In this document: piece after piece, positions 41,146-49,477 of the stretch
Layout: each line of letters begins with the position of its first letter
How positions within the stretch are numbered: position 1 is the first letter of the stretch
IMG/VR virus record: IMGVR_UViG_3300031974_001636
Length of the DNA stretch: 64,000 nucleotides
Source of the DNA: an uncultured virus (IMG/VR IMGVR_UViG_3300031974_001636)
Lineage: Duplodnaviria; Heunggongvirae; Uroviricota; Caudoviricetes; Kyanoviridae
Direction: 5' to 3' (one strand)
The notes under the pieces: model-generated
Databases searched by the model: none
Told to the model about the DNA's origin: nothing
What the model saw: only the letters and a program-made list of their open reading frames with translations
Made by a program: the position numbers and the translations under genes

Positions 41146-44100
41146 CTATTGACATTTGAATGAGAATGGATTGCCATAAGAATCTATGGCAAGTTTGTAG
41201 ACATATGCACCATTAGTAAGATCATTATGAACTGTGAGATCGCCACTTGCTTCCCAATCATGGCATCCTTCGCCATATGGACCTGCAAGGGTGGAAGAGT
41301 AACTAACGGAAGTCGTAGTATCTCCAGATGTTGTAGACCCTGCATCACCCCATCCACCGAAGGGATAACCAGCACTAGCACATCCAGTAGAGTCACTACA
41401 ACCACTAGAGACAGAAGGTTCCCATGTCAGTTTGACATTGATCTTCATCGTTTGGCGATTGTCAGGTTTATATTGTCTTAGTAAATATTTAGTGTATTGG
41501 CTAGCACATGGAAGATCAAATGCAGTTCCTCTTACAGTAATGACCTCTTCTCGGTCAAAAGTCTTGAGTTTTTTACCACTAGCAGTAACTTCTGGAGCTT
41601 CAGTATTCAAATTGATGTAGTCTTCCTTGCGAATTTTATCTTCATCCACAAGTTGCTGCATAAAATTCTGTGCCCCAGAAAATTGTTTGAGTGCTCCAGG
41701 AAGACGATCATCAAGTGTCTGCCAATTCAGGTCTTCAAAATCCTCTCTATCGGGCAAATCGCGCTCTTGACGCTCAGTTCTGAGTACGCCTTTGACACGT
41801 TTTATGTCATTGATGGGGTTGATTGGATTATTAAAGCGAATTTCCTGATATTGGTGATTATTCATGCCACTTCTGAGATCAGAAGCACGCAATGTAGTCT
41901 TAAAACGCAGACTTTCAAGTCCAATTGACGCTTCTCCACCAGTATCTTTCTGTACTACCTGCGTTCCTTTGACTACAACTTCACTTTTTACCGCTTTTTG
42001 CTTCTTAGGACGGTCTGCTGCTGCTCTCTGGAGGATTGTTTGGAACTTTTCAAACGTGTCAATCTCCCCACCTTCGTAATTGTAGTCTCTTGGTTGTCGT
42101 CCATACTGAGTAGCAGTGTCAATTTCAATCAATTCCGATTCATTGGGATGATTTTGAAACTGAGGAAGCGAATAAACTGCGTCACCGATGTCATTTGAAC
42201 GGTCAAATGCGCGATCTGACGCTGGCCACGCTTGATCATCAACATCTTTTCCGACATTTGAGATACCAATGTCAAGATCCATGCCTTGAGGATATCCAGA
42301 TCCGCGACTAGTAATAGAAACAGACTGCAAAACACCACCAACAAACTGATAATCAATTACTGCATCAGTAACTACGGAAGTTGAACTCAGAAGTTCCAAC
42401 TTTGGCGCTTTATTCAGCAGATTCCAATTCTCTCCTCCGTTAACAACATTGATACTTTGAATACCTCCGTTGACAATTTCAATATTAGTAACGGTCATTT
42501 CACCATCATAGGTGAGTGTGGCGTTATCTAGATTGGTTGTGCTCTGACTCAGAGTAATATCATTGCCACTGATACTAGTAATATATGTGTTTGCGGGTAT
42601 ACTAGGAGACTTAACCGAGTATCCCACCTTCATATATGCCAAATCTGCGGCATCTTTTAGGGTCACAACGTCAGATGCACTGGTATAAGTGACTTCTGCT
42701 GTGTATTTTGCGGTAGGTTGCTTCAAATCATCCGCAGAATTAGGGATTCTATTCAAGTCTGCGGTCATGTATTGGAAAGATTTCTGTCTAAACTCATACA
42801 TTCCGCCAAAAAACGCACGATCTGCGATGCCATGACCAGCAATTACCGTAATATCATTACCACGATTGGTAGTATACGAGGTATCTTTAGTAAAATCGTT
42901 ACCATCTCCGTCAAGTTCAAGTACATGATAGTTAAAATCAAGGTCCATGTGCTTAACTGCGGTAACAGTATGACCATTTACCGTGTCCCCAGCATTAACA
43001 AGAGAGTAATTATTGTATGGATTGCTGGATTCTACAGGTCCAATAGCAGTAATTTTTAATGTAAAGTCAATGCTACCAGAGTTTACAGGAATTGAAACGT
43101 TAAATGAGTCATTAACACTGTATCCTGCACCAGGAGACATGACTTCATCAATACGAATAAGTGATCCAGTGATCGTTTCCGTATTATTAGTTACCGTAGT
43201 AGAAGGTTCATAACGGAATTTGAGTCTCAAACCAGTAGCAGTTTGCCCAACGTTAAGTTCTCCATTGTCACCAACGACAATAATAGAGTTAAAACCAATA
43301 TCATCGGGATCTGCCCACGGATTATCACTAACTGAAAGGAAATTACCGTACAATTGTTCCTCATCCCAAGCATCAGTTTCCGCCAATCCATTGCCACTGA
43401 TAGAAAAATCAGTCGCACCAATAGGAGCAGTGGTTGGAACACCATCATCATAGCGGAATGCGATGGACTTAGATGTAGTATGGGCAGTCCAAAGAGTTGG
43501 ATATGGATCTCTACCATCTACAAGACGACCGTCACCAGTGCTATAACTGATTCCAGTGGCACCTGCAGGACAACTGAAGGTTGTACAGGGATGACATTCG
43601 GTATCAGTAGTGCTAGAACTAGAAGTAGATGAACTAGTTCCACCAGGATCATAGTCAGGATCGCCTGGTACTCCTGTAGGAGGAGTCGTTGTAGTGGTAG
43701 TTGAACTACTAGTACGAGTAATAGTCTCAATATAATAGCAAGGATACCCTGCTACGGGATTACTGGTGTCATACAAATAGTAAAACCATTCGTCACTATC
43801 CGTATCTTCAAATGATAATTCGTTTGGGTAGTGATCAATAATTCTATAATCTGTGACACCAAACAGGCCACCAGCTGGAACCATGATTTTTCCACAGGTT
43901 CCAATCGTCCTACCACAACTAGTATCACCACCAAAACGAGTGTTAGTACCTGGGCAAAGCGAAGAGGGATACATTACGAAATCTCTTTCGTATTCGGGAA
44001 TGTTGGGAAGTTCTCGTTTTGCCTTAATTGCTGCAATATTGGGAATACCAGGATAAGTTGCGTGACTGTAAGTAACTCCAATAAAACTAGCAGAACCCAT

Positions 44101-44196
44101 AGTACCGCCACTGTTTACTGCCCCTGCTCCATTAGGAGAGAAGCAATCACAATGGTTTTGATTTTCAGTTGCGTTTTTGTACTTATTGCAACCCAT
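41146..44196 (-). CDS. Putative structural protein (1016 aa) with Cys-rich termini
   Basis: Long ORF with Ser/Thr tracts and GxGY beta repeats, directly upstream of the PAAR gene. Confidence 0.75.
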   Translation of the reverse strand: MGCNKYKNATENQNHCDCFSPNGAGAVNSGGTMGSASFIGVTYSHATYPGIPNIAAIKAKRELPNIPEYERDFVMYPSSLCPGTNTRFGGDTSCGRTIGTCGKIMVPAGGLFGVTDYRIIDHYPNELSFEDTDSDEWFYYLYDTSNPVAGYPCYYIETITRTSSSTTTTTTPPTGVPGDPDYDPGGTSSSTSSSSTTDTECHPCTTFSCPAGATGISYSTGDGRLVDGRDPYPTLWTAHTTSKSIAFRYDDGVPTTAPIGATDFSISGNGLAETDAWDEEQLYGNFLSVSDNPWADPDDIGFNSIIVVGDNGELNVGQTATGLRLKFRYEPSTTVTNNTETITGSLIRIDEVMSPGAGYSVNDSFNVSIPVNSGSIDFTLKITAIGPVESSNPYNNYSLVNAGDTVNGHTVTAVKHMDLDFNYHVLELDGDGNDFTKDTSYTTNRGNDITVIAGHGIADRAFFGGMYEFRQKSFQYMTADLNRIPNSADDLKQPTAKYTAEVTYTSASDVVTLKDAADLAYMKVGYSVKSPSIPANTYITSISGNDITLSQSTTNLDNATLTYDGEMTVTNIEIVNGGIQSINVVNGGENWNLLNKAPKLELLSSTSVVTDAVIDYQFVGGVLQSVSITSRGSGYPQGMDLDIGISNVGKDVDDQAWPASDRAFDRSNDIGDAVYSLPQFQNHPNESELIEIDTATQYGRQPRDYNYEGGEIDTFEKFQTILQRAAADRPKKQKAVKSEVVVKGTQVVQKDTGGEASIGLESLRFKTTLRASDLRSGMNNHQYQEIRFNNPINPINDIKRVKGVLRTERQERDLPDREDFEDLNWQTLDDRLPGALKQFSGAQNFMQQLVDEDKIRKEDYINLNTEAPEVTASGKKLKTFDREEVITVRGTAFDLPCASQYTKYLLRQYKPDNRQTMKINVKLTWEPSVSSGCSDSTGCASAGYPFGGWGDAGSTTSGDTTTSVSYSSTLAGPYGEGCHDWEASGDLTVHNDLTNGAYVYKLAIDSYGNPFSFKCQ

Positions 44197-44524
44197 TTTC
44201 TAATGCCTCTATGCGCTCGTAAATGTGATCAAAGTTTTTACCAAGGGGTAGATAATCACTTCCTTTGGGTTTGTATTGGAATAACTCCCCAGATATCTCT
44301 GGAATGGCGTTTACACGCTCGTACAAGGCGTTGATATGCTCGGATAAGGTATTGATACCCTTCTCACATTCTCCTATCCTTGTAAGGACATTATCAAACA
44401 AGTGTAAGATGGCATCATGAGCAACTTTATTGTCCATCCATAGTGCCTTATTTTCATCTGTGAACCATGCGGGGACGCCGCTGGAGTCAATGTCAGACAA
44501 TTCAATTGTATCAGGGTCAAACAT
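44183..44524 (-). CDS. Hypothetical coiled-coil protein
   Basis: 113-aa ORF overlapping the next gene; GAGG Shine-Dalgarno-like sequence upstream. Confidence 0.7.
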   Translation of the reverse strand: MFDPDTIELSDIDSSGVPAWFTDENKALWMDNKVAHDAILHLFDNVLTRIGECEKGINTLSEHINALYERVNAIPEISGELFQYKPKGSDYLPLGKNFDHIYERIEALENGLQ

Positions 44525-44568
44525 AAAGTACCTCAGAGCCTTCGCGGTGGTCTAACGCGGTGAACGCG

Positions 44569-44730
44569 CTACTCATCTACTCGGAACATTAACAAAGTGC
44601 CGTCACCTTCATCAGAATACTCAATCGTATCTCCGATATTCCATCCCAAATCCTCACAAAGCTCGTCAGGTATTGGGAGAATAAGATCCCCGTTGTCGTC
44701 CTCGGTAAGTGTGACAGTATATCTTTTCAT
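44569..44730 (-). CDS. AbrB/MazE/SpoVT-like DNA-binding protein (53 aa)
   Basis: Manual translation MKRYTVTLTEDDNGDLILPIPDELCEDLGWNIGDTIEYSDEGDGTLLMFRVDE fits the swapped-hairpin pattern. Confidence 0.75.
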   Translation of the reverse strand: MKRYTVTLTEDDNGDLILPIPDELCEDLGWNIGDTIEYSDEGDGTLLMFRVDE

Positions 44731-44888
44731 AGGACACTCTCAATAGATACCTCTACTGAATCTACATTTAATTTATGTAGCAGATCACGACAGAAATCTC
44801 GTCTTTCCTCAGCGTATTCTCTGTCAGAGTGTCTGCTGTCTACGATCTTGTCTGAGGGTGTCTGATAAACTACTGAATATCTTGCCAT
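44727..44888 (-). CDS. Hypothetical protein (53 aa)
   Basis: Manual translation MARYSVVYQTPSDKIVDSRH...; start and stop codons overlap both neighbours. Confidence 0.65.
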   Translation of the reverse strand: MARYSVVYQTPSDKIVDSRHSDREYAEERRDFCRDLLHKLNVDSVEVSIESVL

Positions 44889-45097
44889 TAGAGAGGTGTT
44901 AAAGTATAATTTTCAGGGTTTTCGCGTTTCCATTCAGCCCAGGCAGAACGCACATCGTCAGGGTCTGTCGTACCATTAGAGACCAGATAGTCCGCACAAA
45001 CATACATGCGGTTATCTAAGTGCCCTTCGTGGCGAATCAGAGTCTCTAGGATGAACGTTCTATCATCCTGACGGTCCTGACGAATCTTCCAATCCAT
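44888..45097 (-). CDS. Hypothetical protein
   Basis: 69-aa ORF preceded by GAGGA. Confidence 0.7.
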   Translation of the reverse strand: MDWKIRQDRQDDRTFILETLIRHEGHLDNRMYVCADYLVSNGTTDPDDVRSAWAEWKRENPENYTLTPL

Positions 45098-45320
45098 AAA
45101 ATCCTCTGTGGGCGTTTTTTACTGGGCAAAAAAATTTTGAGGTTGGCAAAAACGAAGACCCGATTATTATATATCAGGCGTTCGGGAACCTTTGTAGGTT
45201 AGGGTAGTTTGCCTTTTTTAATTAAGGGGGGTTACGGCCGCCCCGACCCCCGAGAACCCTTGGTATGACTGCGATCTGGGCGGAGTTCTTATTAAATAAG
45301 CGGGCGATGTAACTGTTCTA

Positions 45321-45349
45321 AGTATACACCACCCGACTGTGATTGTCAA
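45321..45349 (-). promoter_or_regulatory. sigma70-type promoter TTGACA-17-TATACT
   Basis: Near-consensus hexamers with 17-bp spacing, firing into a non-coding segment of about 215 nt. Confidence 0.8.
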
Positions 45350-45669
45350 GCGAAGATGTATCCAGACTCAAAATCTCGCACCACTTTGTTATCCATAATG
45401 AACCACTGAAAGTTCTTCTGAAAGACACCATCAGTGAGACCATTGCAGAACTCATTGATGATAACATTCAGGCGAGATTTGGTGGTATTGGTTTGCCAAC
45501 CACCGTCAAAGATCTGCACAAAGTTGTCACCAATCTCGGCAATTTTGTTGCCATGAAGACGAACGATAGAGACATCATTCTCTTCGTTGTAGTGTACAGA
45601 AGTGTTAGCAGATTGCCAGTTGTCGTTGTTCCGAATAGCGGTCAACATCTGGGATTCAATCTTACGCAT
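45346..45669 (-). CDS. Conserved phage hypothetical protein
   Basis: MRKIESQM...VRLHGNKIA...DGGWQTNTTKSRLN; start placed downstream of the early promoter. Confidence 0.75.
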   Translation of the reverse strand: MRKIESQMLTAIRNNDNWQSANTSVHYNEENDVSIVRLHGNKIAEIGDNFVQIFDGGWQTNTTKSRLNVIINEFCNGLTDGVFQKNFQWFIMDNKVVRDFESGYIFA

Positions 45670-45726
45670 GTGAGAGACGATTTGAGAGGGTTTAGAGTGT
45701 GGTCGGGTGTGTTCCCTTCCATGCAT

Positions 45727-45957
45727 CTAATATACACGATCTGAGGGGTCTCTCAACACCTCTTGTGCCACTTTGTTGTCTGTCACAGTCCAGATCCATC
45801 CGATGTGTTTAATGTAATCAAAGGGAGACATTCTCGGTGTCTGAGGATAACTCTCTCCCCTTGAGTTTCTTACACTGTCCACGAACAATTCCAGGTCGTA
45901 GATAGAGTTAAACGTTCCTCGGAGGTTATCATCGGAGTCAAACAATCGGAAGACCAT
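45727..45957 (-). CDS. Hypothetical protein
   Basis: ORF 45727..46056; probable start MVFRLFD downstream of the promoter at 45986-46014. Confidence 0.6.
   Translation of the reverse strand: MVFRLFDSDDNLRGTFNSIYDLELFVDSVRNSRGESYPQTPRMSPFDYIKHIGWIWTVTDNKVAQEVLRDPSDRVY
45765..45786. promoter_or_regulatory. Early-promoter palindromic operator, copy 1
   Basis: GTGCCAC-N8-CTGTCAC upstream of a TTGAGA/TATATT promoter. Confidence 0.75.
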
Positions 45958-45985
45958 AGGAGTGCTTTTGAAACCTGACATTGTG

Positions 45986-46014
45986 ATTCTACTTATGATC
46001 TGAGAGTTTGTCAA
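45986..46014 (-). promoter_or_regulatory. sigma70-type promoter TTGACA-17-TAGAAT
   Basis: Near-consensus hexamers and spacing. Confidence 0.8.
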
Positions 46015-46141
46015 GTGGGTTATTATCAGGAATCGTAATGTTTCTGGGGTTGACAACTGATAGGAAACATGCTAAGACTACAACAACCTGAGACAATACC
46101 TCTCTTTATGTAACACTTACCTACATTTATTTTGATATTCT

Positions 46142-46184
46142 TTTTCCACAGGATTTCCACAGAAAAATATCAAATTGTGGAAAA
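46142..46184. promoter_or_regulatory. Cluster of three cyanobacterial-type DnaA boxes
   Basis: TTTTCCACA at 46142-46150, ATTTCCACA at 46153-46161 and TGTGGAAAA at 46176-46184, next to an AT-rich stretch. Confidence 0.6.
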
Positions 46185-46185
46185 C

Positions 46186-46368
46186 TCATTTGTATTTGCT
46201 CTTGATGAAATAGTCTCTCCAATGTTCAAACACTATAGAAGTTGCCTCCTTAAGTGTTGTCCAGATGTAGTCTAGTTCTTCTTTCCGCGTTGTCCCTTTA
46301 GGGGTAGAGGTGTTATCACCGATGTCATTTTGATTCTTCACGATGTACGTCCCCCCAGTATTGTGCAT
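46186..46368 (-). CDS. Hypothetical protein (start uncertain)
   Basis: ORF track, 60 aa. Confidence 0.45.
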   Translation of the reverse strand: MHNTGGTYIVKNQNDIGDNTSTPKGTTRKEELDYIWTTLKEATSIVFEHWRDYFIKSKYK

Positions 46369-46564
46369 GAATGAGTATGCAAACCTGATTCACGTTTCGC
46401 TTACTTACGAGTGCTTCTTCTTCATCCTTTTCTATCTCTTTGATGCACATGGTTATGTATTGTGGAGAGATGAAATTAACGTAACCTTTCTGTCCTTTCC
46501 AGGATATGATTTCACCTTTGATCCATTCTTCTACTGTGACCATTCTTCCTCCAGTGGTGAACAT
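46325..46564 (-). CDS. Conserved cyanophage hypothetical protein
   Basis: 79 aa; G..GYVNFISPQYITMCI...VCILI beta-rich pattern. Confidence 0.65.
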   Translation of the reverse strand: MFTTGGRMVTVEEWIKGEIISWKGQKGYVNFISPQYITMCIKEIEKDEEEALVSKRNVNQVCILIHAQYWGDVHREESK

Positions 46565-47235
46565 TCAAAACCGTAACGATGAGAGAACACAACTCGTGGA
46601 ATCATGTTCATTGAGAGTGACAATCTGTTGGGTGAGTTGTTGTTACTGTACCCGTGTCTTATGTGTGATTGCCATAGGAGTAAATCTCCTGGGTTTGGTT
46701 TAACTAATGCTGTCGGTGCTGAGAATACTGTGGTGAGATTATGATCAGGAGTGAATGAAATAGCGGGTTCAGTTTGGTGAGAGAGTTTAGGATTAACGAA
46801 CTCAATCGGGGCAGCGTCATCATCATGATCTAGGTAGAATGTTCCTGAGATGAATGAGTTAATGTGTGCATGGAAAGGTTGATCACCAGAGGAACAATGA
46901 TTCACCCAAGCATCAACAACCGTGTACTCAGATTGTATCATCAACCCTAGCACATCTGTATGGAAATGAAATGCAGCATCACAGAAGAATTTCTCTAGTC
47001 CAGTATCAGTGAAGTGCTTAAAGAATGAGTCCTTAAGTGATACTGTCCCATCACAATTATCACCCTTCTGCATATAATGCTTCAGGTTAGGGTTATCATT
47101 ATTCTGATTAAAAGGGCGGGTTTTGATATACTCACGCACCTGATCTTTTAACTCACTGATGTCACCTTGATAGCGGTAACATCCTACGGGGACAGGAAAC
47201 AATCCAATGACTTGTTGTGGTGTTATGTTATTCAT
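46531..47235 (-). CDS. Putative 2OG-Fe(II) oxygenase (TIGR02466-like)
   Basis: AWVN, HAHINSFISGTFY, PGDLLLWQSHIRHG, NRLSLSMN. Confidence 0.85.
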   Translation of the reverse strand: MNNITPQQVIGLFPVPVGCYRYQGDISELKDQVREYIKTRPFNQNNDNPNLKHYMQKGDNCDGTVSLKDSFFKHFTDTGLEKFFCDAAFHFHTDVLGLMIQSEYTVVDAWVNHCSSGDQPFHAHINSFISGTFYLDHDDDAAPIEFVNPKLSHQTEPAISFTPDHNLTTVFSAPTALVKPNPGDLLLWQSHIRHGYSNNNSPNRLSLSMNMIPRVVFSHRYGFECSPLEEEWSQ

Positions 47236-47924
47236 ACGTTGAAAGAGTCAGATAGATTTACGGGCGTCATGTCCTTAGGATGTGTACCATTATAAGTGAA
47301 CATTTCAGTCGCTTGATGTATCCAATAGAATCGTGATATACAGTAACGACCAGTGCCATCATTCAGAGATGGAGTATTCATTGAGACACGATTTACAGAA
47401 TGAGAATAACATGATGGGAATAATACTGCGGAGTTATTCTTCATCTTAACGGTGTGAGATACGTCGTTAAACATAAACTCTCCGCCTGTCCATGCCTTTG
47501 GTTCTTTCCACACCCAGACCAAAAGTGTGAACTGAACATCATCCAGGTGAGGCAAATAGTAGTCCCCTTCCTGATAGTATGAAACCAAAGTTGCAGTGGA
47601 ATTAGATTGTCTAAACCCTCTATTCCATGGTCCAGTTTTCTCTATCGCCGCGCATGTATCTGTGTTCCAAAAGTTGTTAATGATCGTGGCAATACTAGAT
47701 GACTTTGAGTCACGATATGTTGCCTCAATAAACATACCTGAATTGTTCTTAACTATCTCCCCTTCCTGATTACGCGCAGAACCAGTTTCAGTCGCTGGTA
47801 ATAACTTACCTGATCGTGTGTAGTATTCAAGTTCAGGGAATACTTGCTGCTCTAGTTGTATCTTAGTGAAGAAATCCTCCACCCGTAGATAAGGCAGAGG
47901 ATCAACAGTTGGAATCAGTCTCAT
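47232..47924 (-). CDS. 2OG-Fe(II) oxygenase (prolyl-4-hydroxylase-like)
   Basis: YYQEGDYYLPHLD (HxD), GGEF, LFPS..HSV and RYCIS. Confidence 0.88.
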   Translation of the reverse strand: MRLIPTVDPLPYLRVEDFFTKIQLEQQVFPELEYYTRSGKLLPATETGSARNQEGEIVKNNSGMFIEATYRDSKSSSIATIINNFWNTDTCAAIEKTGPWNRGFRQSNSTATLVSYYQEGDYYLPHLDDVQFTLLVWVWKEPKAWTGGEFMFNDVSHTVKMKNNSAVLFPSCYSHSVNRVSMNTPSLNDGTGRYCISRFYWIHQATEMFTYNGTHPKDMTPVNLSDSFNV

Positions 47925-47944
47925 GATAAATCTATCTCGTATGA

Positions 47945-48106
47945 CTACTTATACTTGGCACAAATGTCATCATATGATGCACCTGCGGGAACCTGATTGC
48001 AGAATCGCGCCATCTTTGCATCCTGCATTTCTGAGACAGCGTTAATAGCGCGAGTGCCAATGAAGATGCCGCTGGTGAGAACAATGCCGAGGAGAATGAA
48101 GCGCAT
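47945..48106 (-). CDS. Small membrane-anchored protein
   Basis: MRFILLGIVLTSGIFIG hydrophobic N-terminus and two Cys. Confidence 0.65.
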   Translation of the reverse strand: MRFILLGIVLTSGIFIGTRAINAVSEMQDAKMARFCNQVPAGASYDDICAKYK

Positions 48107-48144
48107 GATTGTTAGTTGAATGAGTGAAGATGCGGGAACCAAGA

Positions 48145-48333
48145 TCAGAAACTGATTCGGATTGATGGATCAGGGCGGACAAACTCACTGGCATCCTGTA
48201 ACACGTCCGCAGTGATCTTACGGGCGTCGTTGTTATTCCAGAGAAGTGCGCCGATGAGAACCAAGAGGATGAATTTCATGTGATAGGATAACAGTTCAGA
48301 GCGTGATCTGGTCTTAGTTAGTGACTTCCACAT
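48145..48333 (-). CDS. Small membrane protein
   Basis: KFILLVLIGALLW hydrophobic segment; TGATG coupling to the upstream gene. Confidence 0.65.
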   Translation of the reverse strand: MWKSLTKTRSRSELLSYHMKFILLVLIGALLWNNNDARKITADVLQDASEFVRPDPSIRISF

Positions 48334-48521
48334 CAGAAAGGGTTGCTCCAGTTGTTATACTGATTCATGGTAATGTAACCCTCTTTGCATAATGCGTCAG
48401 TGAAATTGTTCCACTCTTCACGCTTAGCAATGGTGTCATTCTTCCACTGAGGTTGTTGCATAGTGAACACCTTCCAGTTATACCTAAACTGAGAAAGTGC
48501 TTGCTGTTTGGTTGTTTTCAT
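48333..48521 (-). CDS. Early hypothetical protein (paralog family A)
   Basis: MKTTKQQAL...FTDALCKEGYITMNQYNNWSNPF; AGGAG Shine-Dalgarno. Confidence 0.75.
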   Translation of the reverse strand: MKTTKQQALSQFRYNWKVFTMQQPQWKNDTIAKREEWNNFTDALCKEGYITMNQYNNWSNPF

Positions 48522-48580
48522 GGGTTGAACTCCTTTGACTCTTATAGAATACACGATTTTGGGCGCTGTGCCACGATTGT

Positions 48581-48602
48581 GTGCCACTTTGCCAACTGTC
48601 AC
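48581..48602. promoter_or_regulatory. Early-promoter palindromic operator, copy 2
   Basis: GTGCCAC-N8-CTGTCAC, an extra half-site at 48568-48574, and a downstream TATTCTATAAGAGTCAAAGGAG leader. Confidence 0.75.
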
Positions 48603-48784
48603 TAGTAACGTTGATCGGTCATGAATTGTCTATACACTTGGGCAACTTCTTCCCAATGATAGTCTTTCAAATCACCACACATTGACTCCATATAGTCATA
48701 AACCATGCCCCAATCAGCATCGGTAGATTGAATGTAACTGGGGAGAGTCTTGAGTGCAGAGTTAAACATTGAAGTTGAAATCAT
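48602..48784 (-). CDS. Early hypothetical protein (paralog family B)
   Basis: 60-aa ORF containing DWGMVYDYM. Confidence 0.7.
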   Translation of the reverse strand: MISTSMFNSALKTLPSYIQSTDADWGMVYDYMESMCGDLKDYHWEEVAQVYRQFMTDQRY

Positions 48785-48786
48785 GG

Positions 48787-48954
48787 TCAGAAGATGTTAG
48801 TCCAGCGTTTGTGATTTGCTTCAGTCAGTCTACCTTCCTTGAGCATGTTGTCACACACAGTACAGAAGACCTTAAACTTTTCCTCCCTAGTGAGAGCGTA
48901 GGGTGATGCAGTTGTTGCAATCACCTTGAGCATTTGTGCTTTGGAAGTAATCAT
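48787..48954 (-). CDS. Early hypothetical protein (paralog family A)
   Basis: Manual translation MITSKAQML...FCTVCDNMLKEGRLTEANHKRWTNIF. Confidence 0.7.
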   Translation of the reverse strand: MITSKAQMLKVIATTASPYALTREEKFKVFCTVCDNMLKEGRLTEANHKRWTNIF

Positions 48955-48979
48955 GAATCAGTTAATTAGGAGGACAGAA

Positions 48980-49141
48980 TCACATTCCGTTGAGGAAATC
49001 GTGCAGTGCTTCTTCATACTCTTCGTAGGAAGAATAGCGGTCACGCATGTTAGCGGGAACCTCCTTTTTAGCAGGACGGGAACACTCTTGAACGGTGTAA
49101 CCTTTGGATTCAATGTAGTCAGTCAGGTAGTTTTTTTGCAT
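48980..49141 (-). CDS. Early hypothetical protein
   Basis: MQKNYLTDYIESKGY...YEEALHDFLNGM. Confidence 0.65.
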   Translation of the reverse strand: MQKNYLTDYIESKGYTVQECSRPAKKEVPANMRDRYSSYEEYEEALHDFLNGM

Positions 49142-49187
49142 TTGTTTGTTGTAATTAGAGTACCAGTTTGCGTCGTATTTTGCCACT

Positions 49188-49391
49188 TCAGGCAGCAAGG
49201 ATTTCCCATGCGTTGTAGAACATATCCCACGCTTTATCATCAGCAACGAAGGAGGAAATGCCTGCGATTTCACACACATAGTCGTAGCACATGTCAACGT
49301 CAGGATTCATTTCAGAGTAGAAATCTTGCATCTGTTGGATAGCATCAACAAAGGCAGAATCTTCAACGAGAGAGACAAACTGGGTTTTCAT
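49188..49391 (-). CDS. Early hypothetical protein (paralog family B)
   Basis: MKTQFVSL...DVDMCYDYVCEIAG; lies downstream of an early promoter. Confidence 0.7.
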   Translation of the reverse strand: MKTQFVSLVEDSAFVDAIQQMQDFYSEMNPDVDMCYDYVCEIAGISSFVADDKAWDMFYNAWEILAA

Positions 49392-49455
49392 GTCGGTTGC
49401 GTTGTTTTCCATGTTCCTAATATGGCACAGATTCGGGCGAATTGCAAGCGGGTGT

Positions 49456-49477
49456 GTGCCACTTTGCTGACTGTCAC
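49456..49477. promoter_or_regulatory. Early-promoter palindromic operator, copy 3
   Basis: GTGCCAC-N8-CTGTCAC upstream of TTGCAA...CATATT. Confidence 0.75.

Noticed and set aside
43888..43896. Single TTTTCCACA DnaA-like box
   Set aside because: Isolated and inside coding sequence, so compatible with chance
44762..44780. CTACAT-N7-ATGTAG hairpin with a late-promoter-like CATAAATT
   Set aside because: It lies inside the 44727..44888 ORF and is a weak match; not supportable
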